This document shows, in pieces, positions 46,861 to 55,315 of a stretch of 64,000 nt of DNA; the first letter of the stretch is position 1, and each line of letters begins with the position of its first letter. Source of the stretch: an uncultured Candidatus Saccharibacteria bacterium (GTDB taxonomy: Bacteria > Patescibacteriota > Minisyncoccia > Phycocordibacterales > UBA9973). The position numbers and the translations under genes are program-made. A model generated the notes under the pieces. It made no database searches. It worked only from the letters and a program-made list of their open reading frames with translations, and was not told the origin of the DNA. The stretch lies in assembly GCA_964646765.1 (NCBI GenBank), contig CAZYIA010000004.1, positions 13,887 through 77,886 on the forward strand, read 5' to 3'.

Positions 46861-47214
46861 TCATCCTCTCGCCACCAGGACAACTCCGAGCATGATCATC
46901 CCCACCCCACCCCAGCGCATTATCGACACTGGTTCATGGAGGATCCAGGCACTTGCCACGGTTGTCGCGACGAAACCAAGCGCGATGAAGGGATAGGCGA
47001 AGGAAAGCTCTGCCCGTGACAGCGCCACGATCCAGAGTCCGAGTGCTGAAACATGGAGAGTCCCGCCGAGCCAGATCCACCCGTTGCCGAGTGCTGCCGC
47101 CAGCATGCCCTGTCCGATCGCATGGCCGGCCAGGGCATTGGCTCCGAGTTTCAGGACGAAGTGTGCGAGGGAGGAACAGGCCACGCTCGCCAGGATGATA
47201 AGAATGACCGGCAT
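46861..47214 (-). CDS. Small 4-TM transporter of the DMT/SMR superfamily (EamA/ArnE-like)
   Basis: The 117-aa ORF has four hydrophobic helices and an LSRAELSFAYPF motif. Confidence 0.55.
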   Translation of the reverse strand: MPVILIILASVACSSLAHFVLKLGANALAGHAIGQGMLAAALGNGWIWLGGTLHVSALGLWIVALSRAELSFAYPFIALGFVATTVASAWILHEPVSIMRWGGVGMIMLGVVLVARG

Positions 47215-47480
47215 CAGAGAAGCACCTCGATCACTTTCGCCACCTTCTTGCGCATCTTGCCCTCGGTGATACCCGCCTCATCCAGCAGGACGGGGAGCAG
47301 TTCTTCACGCATGATCTTCACGACAACCTCCGGTGTTGATCGTGCGCCATGCTCCCATTCCCACAGCCGCGAAGCCGTGTAGGCCTTGCCCGTGCGCATG
47401 CTCAGATACCGTGCCGACGCCGCCCTGCTTTCCTTGTGCCGAATGGTCCGAAAATCGAGCCAGGCCGAGACCAGGCGCAT
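47214..47480 (-). CDS. Hypothetical protein
   Basis: The 88-aa ORF is in operonic arrangement with its neighbours on the minus strand. There are no motifs. Confidence 0.3.
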   Translation of the reverse strand: MRLVSAWLDFRTIRHKESRAASARYLSMRTGKAYTASRLWEWEHGARSTPEVVVKIMREELLPVLLDEAGITEGKMRKKVAKVIEVLL

Positions 47481-47496
47481 CCTTCAGAGTCCGCGT

Positions 47497-47682
47497 TTAA
47501 TGGATGTGAGCCGACCCTGAAACAAGGAAATTGCCCCGATGCAGCAACTGGGCATTCGTCGCTTCCTGTGTTTCACGCAGATGTTCGGCGTAAAGACGCA
47601 TCAGGCGCAGCTGCACCTCATCCATTTCCTTGACCGTGTGGTACAGCGCATCCATCTCGTTCTTGTGATTCATTTTGGCCAT
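47497..47682 (-). CDS. Small hypothetical protein (61 aa)
   Basis: The start was refined to MAKMNHKNEMDALYH. The ATG lies 2 nt after the stop of the upstream RNase H-like gene. Confidence 0.3.
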   Translation of the reverse strand: MAKMNHKNEMDALYHTVKEMDEVQLRLMRLYAEHLRETQEATNAQLLHRGNFLVSGSAHIH

Positions 47683-47684
47683 GA

Positions 47685-48281
47685 TTACCAACCTTTCTTC
47701 AAAAAAGCAGCCGGGACATTTCCCCAAGCCGGGTTCCACTGCAGGATCGGGTTTCGCCACATATTTGCGGCGAGCCATTTCTCGGCCCGATCAACCAGGT
47801 TTGTGGTCTCCTGGTTCGCAGCGGTCCTGGCCAGTGCGGCGCCGCATTTGCGACGACGTATCCAGGCGAGCGCTTCTTGCGAATCACTATAGACCGGGAC
47901 CTCCAGACCGCGCCTGACGCAAAGCGCCAAGGCATGGCACACGGCCAGGAAGTCCCCGATTTCCTGCGTTCCTTCGGGGAGCGGACCGACCCGGAAAATT
48001 TCTCGTCCGGTCGACGTCACTACCCCTCGATACTCCAGCGTTCCGGAAAACCCGGAACATGAAGCCCCCACAGAATAGGAGAACAGAGTAGGCTGCGTCT
48101 CGCCGCGTGGATCAAGAGAATCCAAGGCACGACCGGCTCCGTATGAAGCCAACGCGAGGTTCTCATCCTGGAAGGACTTGAACCGGGCGCCACTGTAGCC
48201 CTTCACCTGGCTTTCGCATTCCTTCCAGGAGCGATAAATTCCCGGAGTCCTGCCTGCCCAGACAACATAGAATGCCACCAC
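47685..48281 (-). CDS. RNase H-like protein with N-terminal RNA/DNA hybrid-binding domain (possibly catalytically degenerate)
   Basis: The N-terminus FYVVWAGRTPGIYRSWKECESQVKGYSGARFKSFQDENLALASY matches the HBD/Cauli_VI motif. The C-terminus has RNase H-like motifs (VYSDSQEALAWI, TAANQ...LVDRAEKWL). The first catalytic DG is replaced (YSVGASCSG). Confidence 0.5.
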   Translation of the reverse strand: MVAFYVVWAGRTPGIYRSWKECESQVKGYSGARFKSFQDENLALASYGAGRALDSLDPRGETQPTLFSYSVGASCSGFSGTLEYRGVVTSTGREIFRVGPLPEGTQEIGDFLAVCHALALCVRRGLEVPVYSDSQEALAWIRRRKCGAALARTAANQETTNLVDRAEKWLAANMWRNPILQWNPAWGNVPAAFLKKGW

Positions 48282-48453
48282 TGTCCCCTGCCGCTCCGCG
48301 TCCGTGGAGAAAGAACGGCAAATCGTTGGACATATTATATACCCAGATTTGGGAACTTCCCAAATTTGGGCGGCTGATGAAGAACGCCGGCGGAATGCCT
48401 ATTGGCGCAACGGATATCGGAGAACAAGGACTGACAGTTGAAAAGGAGACATC

Positions 48454-49107
48454 ATGAAAATTCTTGTGAACCTGACCGCCGCGTTCATGCTCGCGGTTTT
48501 TTCCCTACCGGCGTTTTCGGCAACGACCTCGCCCGTCAAATCTTTCGTGGCAGGCGCGCTGGATGTACGGGAGATCGACAAGTCGATGCGCGTTTACGCC
48601 GAGTACGAAGGCGAGGAAGAAATCACGGAAGCCTTGCGCCAGAGAATCGGCGAACTCGGTTTTCCGCTGGCATCATCCGCCGACGACGCAAAACTGATTT
48701 TCCGGGTGATTCCGCTCTACCTCGGCAAGGCGTCTGATCGCCCCAAGGCTGGCGCCTACGACGGCGCCCACAATACCCAGGGCATTGCGTTGGGCAGGTT
48801 GCTGTTGGGGATCGCACTCGGCGCCGCGCTCGACATCAAGCTGGTCGAAGGCATGCCGATGAGCCGCGCGGAGCCAGTGATCAGCTACTGGACGGGCACC
48901 TTGCGGGATACGGGCGTAATAAGCGAAGTCGAGCATACCTTCAAGCCGACAAGAAAAGCGCAGGAAGCCATCGTTTCACGTGTCGATCTGACTGTAAATG
49001 GTGTCGCACAGAGCGCGCAAGTGGTCAGCGAATCATTCGCCAAAGATGTTCCGCAGGCGATGCTTGTCTCGGAAAACCTGCGGCAGATTCTTTGGTATCT
49101 CGAATAA
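48454..49107 (+). CDS. Secreted hypothetical protein
   Basis: An AAAAGGAGA RBS is present. The signal peptide is MKILVNLTAAFMLAVFSLPAFSA. The ORF is 217 aa. Confidence 0.5.
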   Translation: MKILVNLTAAFMLAVFSLPAFSATTSPVKSFVAGALDVREIDKSMRVYAEYEGEEEITEALRQRIGELGFPLASSADDAKLIFRVIPLYLGKASDRPKAGAYDGAHNTQGIALGRLLLGIALGAALDIKLVEGMPMSRAEPVISYWTGTLRDTGVISEVEHTFKPTRKAQEAIVSRVDLTVNGVAQSAQVVSESFAKDVPQAMLVSENLRQILWYLE

Positions 49108-49403
49108 TCCCAAGCCCCGCGTCTGGTTCTTCCAGCCGGGGCTTTTTCAACGTCCGTGCGGTGCCGGCGTATCTGCGCCACACGACCAACAACCGAATTG
49201 GTCCATGTCCGGCTCCCACGGCATCCCGCATTTGCATCTGCGGGGCTGTTCGCAAGGCTCGCCGTTGTCGGCCCAGCGTTTCACACCGTCGCGCCCCATC
49301 ACCCATGGACGAGCTGCCCCGCGCGCCAGATCCACCTTCGTGCCGAATCCACGAGTAATCGCCATCTTTTACTCCATCCCTCTGATTGTTCGGGCCGGCC
49401 GCC

Positions 49404-49685
49404 TCAATCTTGAGGGTCGTGCGCCATATGTTTGCCGCAAGTATTCCGGTACCCGCCCCATGCGTCCGAGTCGTCGCCAGTTGGCCAGCCGCATCCTGCG
49501 CGGCTATTGCAGCCCGGCTCATCGCACAGCACTTCGAAGCCTTCGTCGCACTGCTTGCATTCCGGACACGCTTTCAGTTCGTCGGTTTCAGCGAATGGGC
49601 TGGGTGCGGTCAGCAGTTCCGTCTCAACCGTCACCGCGCCGCAAACACTACACTTCCATCGCTGTTTTTCCCTGATTCGCCCCAC
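49404..49685 (-). CDS. Cys-rich small protein (zinc-finger-like)
   Basis: Nine Cys are present, including CSVCG and CPECKQCDEG. Confidence 0.35.
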   Translation of the reverse strand: MGRIREKQRWKCSVCGAVTVETELLTAPSPFAETDELKACPECKQCDEGFEVLCDEPGCNSRAGCGWPTGDDSDAWGGYRNTCGKHMAHDPQD

Positions 49686-49721
49686 GCCACCTCCTGTCGC
49701 CCACCGGGGGCGCAGCTTAGG

Positions 49722-50234
49722 CTAATCGGATGCACTAAACACCTGCAAGGAGGACTCCGTGCTCCCCTCCTGCTTCGTCTGCGCTGTGGCAGCCTTGAAA
49801 ACGGCTCGCCGGAATTCCCTCGGGTTGATGACATAGCGAACCGGAAAGACCTCCGTACCCACACCACGGACTTGCGCCGTCCCGTAGCCAAGGAAGCGCC
49901 CGATCAAGCTTTGGTCAACCTCTACGCCTTCCACGCGTGACAGGTACATGATCGCGCTCTTCTGCCACAGCCAACCCACCTTGATGACGACTCGTTGATC
50001 CGTTACCGCGAGCTCATTCGCGTTCCGCATGATCCTGGAAATGAACCACGTGGCCAGCCCGGCGCCGGCGGCAAACGTCGGCGCCAGAACAGGGAACCGC
50101 TGTTCGTACAAAGTCCACGCAGCAGCGAGCAGTGCGGTGGCAATCAGCATGTTCACGACATATCCCCAGTACGACACAGTCGTCTGGTACAGGATTTCCT
50201 CGCCCTCTACGAGACTGTCCGCGACATAGGACAT
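49722..50234 (-). CDS. Membrane-anchored bacterial PH-domain (DUF304/YdbS-like) protein
   Basis: The C-terminal 170 aa of ORF 49722-51149 starts at MSYVADSLVEGEEILYQTTVSYWGYVVNMLIATALLAAAW. It has two TM helices followed by a bPH_2-like segment. The upstream part of that ORF is an antisense artefact. Confidence 0.5.
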   Translation of the reverse strand: MSYVADSLVEGEEILYQTTVSYWGYVVNMLIATALLAAAWTLYEQRFPVLAPTFAAGAGLATWFISRIMRNANELAVTDQRVVIKVGWLWQKSAIMYLSRVEGVEVDQSLIGRFLGYGTAQVRGVGTEVFPVRYVINPREFRRAVFKAATAQTKQEGSTESSLQVFSASD

Positions 50235-50393
50235 GGATTGTTTCCTCTGTTGGCCAGCACACAGTGTAGTCCTGGCCCGGATATAACTTTTCCATCGACG
50301 TCTTCCTGCAAATTGCAGAATCCTGCAACCCGCTTTCTCTCCCGCAAGGCTTGGGCGTCTCATGGTGAGACGCGGCCCTGCGGGAGAACAATC

Positions 50394-51137
50394 ATGGAAA
50401 TCACCCTCAACCACGAACAGGCGCTGTTCGTATTCAAAGGCGAAGATCACGTTACCTGCATGGGGTACGACGTGGTCTACAAGAGCATCCTCGAATTGCA
50501 CCGGCGGATCAGAAAGCTTCGGATTCTGCCCGACGGCATCGAACTGATGCCGGCTCTCGAGTCCGAGATCGGCACCCTCAAGCAATACGAGCAATACCGC
50601 GACATGCTTGGCATTGTTGGCAATCGCAAAATCGGCACCTGGTTCGATTACGACACGCCCGGCAAGGTGCGCAACATCCTCGAACAATACCGAAAGGAAG
50701 GCGGTCGCCTGCGGATTTTTTACGGTGATCGCGAGACCGGGGTGGATTGGCTTGAGGAAAACGATGTGCTGGGGCGTATCGGGCGTTCGACAGGCGTTCT
50801 GCCAATCCCCCTCCTTGTCGCCGAGGGTGAGCACGGCGGCCCGGGCATCCTGGACAGTTCGATAGTCAGGATCCTCGACGCCGACGCGCGTACGGAGCTT
50901 TACCGGCACAAGACCTATCGGCTGCCGGAGATGGAGATCCGCTCGACCGAAGGTATCACCTGTAGCTGGCGCACCGGCGAGCCTCCGAAGCTTTTGACGG
51001 AGATGGGTTACACGCACGGTGTCTGGGTCCGCGGCAAGGCCGGCGAGTTTTCGAACCACGCCAACTTCACATCCTATGGCAAGGCTGCACAGTTCGTCGC
51101 CTTCATGGCCGGCGAGTGCTGCGAGCAGCCCGTATAG
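50394..51137 (+). CDS. Hypothetical protein (247 aa)
   Basis: The internal ATG (MEITLNHEQALFVFKGEDHV) has a GGGAGAA RBS. Composition is diverse and protein-like. The competing antisense ORF is Leu/Arg/Gly-rich. Confidence 0.45.
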   Translation: MEITLNHEQALFVFKGEDHVTCMGYDVVYKSILELHRRIRKLRILPDGIELMPALESEIGTLKQYEQYRDMLGIVGNRKIGTWFDYDTPGKVRNILEQYRKEGGRLRIFYGDRETGVDWLEENDVLGRIGRSTGVLPIPLLVAEGEHGGPGILDSSIVRILDADARTELYRHKTYRLPEMEIRSTEGITCSWRTGEPPKLLTEMGYTHGVWVRGKAGEFSNHANFTSYGKAAQFVAFMAGECCEQPV

Positions 51138-51147
51138 GGGACGCGTC

Positions 51148-51456
51148 ATGATCTATCCGACGCTTCCGAATGCCGTTTCTTCATACGGCGCCTCGATGGG
51201 ACGTTCCGACACCATTCTCGATCCGGGCGAAGCCATGAAATTCAGGCTCTACCGGATGCCGATGGTCGACGGCGGCTGCTACGACACCGGCGGCGCCTAT
51301 TGGGGCGCATCTGTTCCCACTGGTGACGGTTACATGTGGCATGCACTTGCCGATGGGCCAACGGGCAGGAACGAAGTCTTTCTGCGTGCCTGGACCCGGA
51401 TCGCTGCCAAAGCGAAAGTGCGCTCTCTTTTCAGGAACGCTCGCTTCTATCGCTGA
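51148..51456 (+). CDS. Hypothetical protein (102 aa)
   Basis: An AGGGGA RBS precedes the ATG (MIYPTLPNAVSSYGASMGRSD...). Confidence 0.35.
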   Translation: MIYPTLPNAVSSYGASMGRSDTILDPGEAMKFRLYRMPMVDGGCYDTGGAYWGASVPTGDGYMWHALADGPTGRNEVFLRAWTRIAAKAKVRSLFRNARFYR

Positions 51457-51656
51457 TCCCGCACGGCATCATGCCGCGCATCTCCCATCCCGCGTCTGTG
51501 ATTCGCTCACGGCGGGATTTTTCATGCTTGGCGCTACGGCTTCCGTGTAGGCAAGGAAGTCTGTTTTTCACGGTGAAAAACGCCTTGCGCAGGAGAAACG
51601 TCATGTCTTCAACCATCCCCGGCTCCTGCCGGTTCATCAATGAATAGGAGGCTGCC

Positions 51657-51917
51657 ATGGAATCAGTTCTCGCGGCGGGTCTTCTGCGGCATGCCGCCAG
51701 CGCTATCCGGAACGGCGGCGTCGTCGACACCGCACTCCGTGAAGCCCCACGAGGCGCCAGCAAGTGCGTCCAGAAACTTGTCCTGGAGCGCATCAGCAAC
51801 GCCATTCCCGGCAAGACGAAAGCAAACATGACCCCGGAAGTCATCAGGGGCGCAATCAAACCACCCGTGCCGTTATCGCCGGCGCGGCATTCGACCGAAA
51901 CAGAAAAGGAGGCATGA
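51657..51917 (+). CDS. Small hypothetical protein (86 aa)
   Basis: A strong RBS is present (AATAGGAGGCTGCC ATG). Confidence 0.4.
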   Translation: MESVLAAGLLRHAASAIRNGGVVDTALREAPRGASKCVQKLVLERISNAIPGKTKANMTPEVIRGAIKPPVPLSPARHSTETEKEA

Positions 51918-51918
51918 T

Positions 51919-52110
51919 ATGGATACCGAGCGCAAAACCTGCGGTTCCTGCCGGCACGGCGCACCCTGCAGCCAATTCCTCAAGGGCAATGGCTGGGTGC
52001 AGATGGCGGAAAGCGGTTGGCTGTCCTGCTCCATTCGGCAATCGAACCCACAGGATCAGGCGCGAGTCTTCTCGCCCAACCGTGCCGCCTGCACGCTGTT
52101 CAAGCAGTAA
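51919..52110 (+). CDS. Small Cys-containing hypothetical protein (63 aa)
   Basis: An AAAAGGAGG RBS is present and the ATG lies 2 nt after the upstream stop. It contains CGSCRHGAPC. A terminator follows. Confidence 0.35.
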   Translation: MDTERKTCGSCRHGAPCSQFLKGNGWVQMAESGWLSCSIRQSNPQDQARVFSPNRAACTLFKQ

Positions 52111-52116
52111 CCCCCA

Positions 52117-52153
52117 CCCTCCTTGCGCCACACGGCTCAGGAGGGTTTCTTTT
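52117..52153 (+). terminator. Rho-independent terminator after the small-gene operon
   Basis: The stem is CCCTCCT ... AGGAGGG (7 bp), followed by TTTCTTTTC. Confidence 0.55.
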
Positions 52154-52289
52154 CAGGCGACAACTCGCTCCGAGCGCAAGGCTTTCAGTTGGTATTCGCC
52201 GCGCGCTCGCACGCGCCGCCCGACGCAAATCTACAGCCTAATTACGCCAGGTGTGCAGCTTGGTCTTTTCGAAGAAAGCGCCGCCTGAA

Positions 52290-53177
52290 CTACCCCGCGC
52301 CCTGCGTCTGCGATTCGTTCGCGGCAGGGCTTTTCTTCTTTTTTGCCCCCGATGCCTTTAACAGCAACCAGTCCATTCCGGACACCGGAAGGATGCGCCT
52401 CGCCCACCAGAACAACTTTGCCGGAACCGTCACCCGGTACCGTGCGCGAGGCCTGCGCGACTCCAGCGCATGGATGACACAGTCGACCACGGCGGATGCC
52501 GGCAGTGTAAACGGGACCGCCGCGCCCTCCTTCCTGAGCCGCTCCAGCTGCACCTCGTACACTGCGCGGTACACGCTGGCATCCATGTCGATGTGGCGCA
52601 GGAATGGCGCCACGCAGTTCGCCCGGAAGCGGGTCTCGATCGGGCCGGGTTCGATCAAACTCACCGCGATTTCCGTTCCGGCGAGCTCCAAGCGTAATTG
52701 GTCAACAAGTCCTTCCATGGCGAACTTCGACGCAACATAGGCGCCACGGTACGGCAGCGCCGCATATCCCAGCACAGAACTGTTCCACACGATCCTGCCG
52801 TGACCCTGCCGGCGCATGACGGGGATCACCAGGTTCGTGAGCTCGACCGCCCCGAAGAGGTTGGCGTCGAACTGCTCGTGCAGCGCTTCGCGTGTGAGAT
52901 CCTCGACGGCGCCGACCATTCCGAAGCCGGCGTTGTTGAAAAGAGCGTCAAGCGTACCGCCGGTACGCTCCAGCACCTCGGCCACCGCACAGCGGATGCT
53001 CTCGCTGTCCGCCACATCGAGCTGCAGCGTCTCGAACGAGGCGTGCACCAGCTCGTTGACGTCTCTCCTGGAGCGGGCCGTGGCGAACACGCGCCACCCC
53101 CGGGTGGCCAGTGTCGAGGCCGTCTCAAGCCCGATGCCTGAGCTGCAGCCGGTGATCAGGATACTTCGTTTTACCAA
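52290..53177 (-). CDS. Short-chain dehydrogenase/reductase (SDR family)
   Basis: It has a TGCSSGIG Rossmann motif, NNAG, and the YxxxK catalytic motif (YVASKFAMEG). The C-terminal 35-aa extension runs into a repeated terminator-like element. Confidence 0.85.
   Translation of the reverse strand: MVKRSILITGCSSGIGLETASTLATRGWRVFATARSRRDVNELVHASFETLQLDVADSESIRCAVAEVLERTGGTLDALFNNAGFGMVGAVEDLTREALHEQFDANLFGAVELTNLVIPVMRRQGHGRIVWNSSVLGYAALPYRGAYVASKFAMEGLVDQLRLELAGTEIAVSLIEPGPIETRFRANCVAPFLRHIDMDASVYRAVYEVQLERLRKEGAAVPFTLPASAVVDCVIHALESRRPRARYRVTVPAKLFWWARRILPVSGMDWLLLKASGAKKKKSPAANESQTQGAG
52296..52345. repeat. Repeated terminator-like element (copy 1 of 2; inverted copy 2 at about 60484-60523)
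   Basis: The sequence is CCCTGCGTCTGCGATTCGTTCGCGGCAGGGCTTTTCTTCTTTTTT, a stem CCCTGC...GCAGGG plus a T-run. A near-identical copy in inverted orientation (CCCTGCGTCTGCGACTCGTTCGCGGCAGGGTTTTTCTTTGC) lies between the convergent genes at 60460/60564. Confidence 0.55.
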
Positions 53178-55174
53178 TTCAACTCTTCGCCCCTGATGGC
53201 GGCGATCGCCGCGCTCACCTTGTCGACCGCCGGCGGAAAGAAACGCACGTTGGCGAACAGGGTCACCACCTGCCCGGCCTGCTGTTCGGAGTCATCGGCA
53301 ACGTCCCCGAAGCCGCGGTGATTGAGATCCATCTCGGACAGCTCGAATCCATCCGTCGTCTTGCACAGAAAATTCAGACGTTCCAGCGCCTGCGCGGAAA
53401 CCTCGGACCTCGACAGGTACATGAAAAAATCTCCCGCGCCGCCATTGCGCGCCAGCCGGCCACGCATCTGATGCAGGCTGCTGACGCCGTAGCGATCCGC
53501 CTCCACCACCACGAGCGCACGCAGGTCCTTGATGTTTACGCCGATCTCGATCAGCGAGGTGGCCAGCACGATGCTTTTCTGGCCGCTCTTCACAAGCTCC
53601 AGCGCGGCCAGTTTCTCCTGCTCTTTCATCTTCCCGTGCAACCCCACGACCTGTCCCGGGTAAAGCTTCTCCCAGATCGGCAAGGCGGACTCCACCGCGA
53701 ATTTCTCTTCCTCCGCCGGATCCTCGAGAAGGCTGCCGTTGGCGCGCACCAGCGGCAGGATGACCGCGATCTTGCTGCCTGCCTTGACGGTCTCCCGGAG
53801 CTTCCTGAACATGCCCGACTTGTCCGGTTCTCGGACCAGATGGGATTTGATGTCTTTCCTGACTGCATACTCGTTCAGGACCGTCAGGTCCATCCCTCCG
53901 TACATCACCAACGCCCCGGTTCGCGGGATGCACGTCGCCGTCGCCTCGATCAGGTTCGTGTGCGGCGCCATCAGGGCATCACGCTGCTGCTTCGACGTCT
54001 TTTGCTGCTCATCGACCACGAGACAATCCGGGACGATCTTCCGCTCCTTGCAGAAGCGGAATAGCGCGCTGGTGCCGACCAGGATGGGTTTCTTGCCGCC
54101 CTCGAACACCTCGGCCGGCGGCTTGGCCTTTGCGGTAACGAGCTCCACTCCAACCCCGGGAAACCATGCCTTGATTTCCGCGTAGGTCTGGTCCGCGAGT
54201 GGCGCATTCGGGCTGAAGATCACCACCTGGTGGCCGGCTTCCGCCGCGGCAGCCGCCATCGTCCCGAATACGCAGGTCTTCCCGGTCCCGACGTCGCCGG
54301 AAAGGAGAATCCGGTACGGCGACGGCGCAACCAGGCCGTGGTAAATTTTCCGCATGCAGTTGAGCTGCCCGTTCGTTGGCTTGAAGGGAAGCGCGCCGAG
54401 CATTGCCTTGATCCTTGGGCCCTCGAGCCTCAGCTGGGCGCCTTCGACCGGCGCATCATTCTTGCTGCGCTTGACCTGCAGGAGGATGTCGGCCACCGAG
54501 AGGCTGGTGGCATATTCCCTGGCGATCTCCGCCATCTCGTCGGAATCCGGCATGTGGAGCTGGCGGATCAGAGAGGCAAGATTCTTGAAAGGCTTTTTGC
54601 GGCTGAGGGTCGCTCCGACCTCGAGGATTTCTTTTTCACTCCACCCGGGAAAAGCCTTCTTGACGGTCTTGACCGACACGTCGATCGAGGTGGCCACAGC
54701 TGTATAGGCGCCACGCCTGGCAATCTCGCCCTTGACCTTGGCCTTCTTCGGATAGACCGGAACGAGCGGCAGATCTTTCGGCGGAAAATGGGCTTCGAGC
54801 AGGCGGTAACCGCCACCGTTCGTCTTCATGAGAAGGCCGCTGACGAGAATGTCGCTGCCTGGATGCGCCTGCACCAACGGGTGTCCATTGTCGACAACCC
54901 CGCTTCCGGTGGCCCGGATCTCTCGCGCAGTCGACTTTCCCTCGTCACAGTGGGAGAGCATCGCGGCGAAGCGTGGCGGATGCAGGGATTCTTGCGTGAC
55001 GTGAAGCAGCCTCGCAGACAGGACCACTTCGACGCCTTCACCGCATTGCGACGGCAGACGCCGGGTCACCTCTGAATAGGCCTGTTCGTATCGCACCGGC
55101 ACCTGAAGAACGGCTTCCGGGGCTTCCGAATAGCCAGCTTCGAGAATGACGGGATTCGTGGTCTTTCTGGCCAT
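53171..55174 (-). CDS. RecG-like SF2 DNA helicase (motif II variant DEQQ)
   Basis: Walker A region GDVGTGKTCVFGTMAAAAAEAGHQVVIFSPNAPLADQ parallels E. coli RecG GDVGSGKTLVAALAA...QVALMAPTELLAEQ. Motif II is VVDEQQK, where RecG has DEQH. Motif VI is QMRGRLARNGG. Confidence 0.7.
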   Translation of the reverse strand: MARKTTNPVILEAGYSEAPEAVLQVPVRYEQAYSEVTRRLPSQCGEGVEVVLSARLLHVTQESLHPPRFAAMLSHCDEGKSTAREIRATGSGVVDNGHPLVQAHPGSDILVSGLLMKTNGGGYRLLEAHFPPKDLPLVPVYPKKAKVKGEIARRGAYTAVATSIDVSVKTVKKAFPGWSEKEILEVGATLSRKKPFKNLASLIRQLHMPDSDEMAEIAREYATSLSVADILLQVKRSKNDAPVEGAQLRLEGPRIKAMLGALPFKPTNGQLNCMRKIYHGLVAPSPYRILLSGDVGTGKTCVFGTMAAAAAEAGHQVVIFSPNAPLADQTYAEIKAWFPGVGVELVTAKAKPPAEVFEGGKKPILVGTSALFRFCKERKIVPDCLVVDEQQKTSKQQRDALMAPHTNLIEATATCIPRTGALVMYGGMDLTVLNEYAVRKDIKSHLVREPDKSGMFRKLRETVKAGSKIAVILPLVRANGSLLEDPAEEEKFAVESALPIWEKLYPGQVVGLHGKMKEQEKLAALELVKSGQKSIVLATSLIEIGVNIKDLRALVVVEADRYGVSSLHQMRGRLARNGGAGDFFMYLSRSEVSAQALERLNFLCKTTDGFELSEMDLNHRGFGDVADDSEQQAGQVVTLFANVRFFPPAVDKVSAAIAAIRGEELNW

Positions 55175-55277
55175 GCGTTTTGCCGGCGCGCACTGCGTCC
55201 ATCAAGGATCAAAACGATGAAACGATCCTAGCAGCCTGGCTGCAAATGGCGGTTTTCTTATACCTGCGGATTCCTTG

Positions 55278-55285
55278 AAACAAAA
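55278..55285. repeat. Target-site duplication AAACAAAA (left copy; right copy at 57590-57597)
   Basis: Identical 8-mers directly abut both inverted repeats. An 8-bp TSD is characteristic of ISL3. Confidence 0.6.
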
Positions 55286-55315
55286 GGCTATCCGGATTTG
55301 GCTGTGTTTGAAGGC

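Noticed and set aside
50235-51149. Upstream two-thirds of minus-strand ORF 49722-51149
   Set aside because: Only the C-terminal 170 aa (the PH-domain protein) look genuine. The remainder is antisense to the better-supported plus-strand gene 50394-51137.
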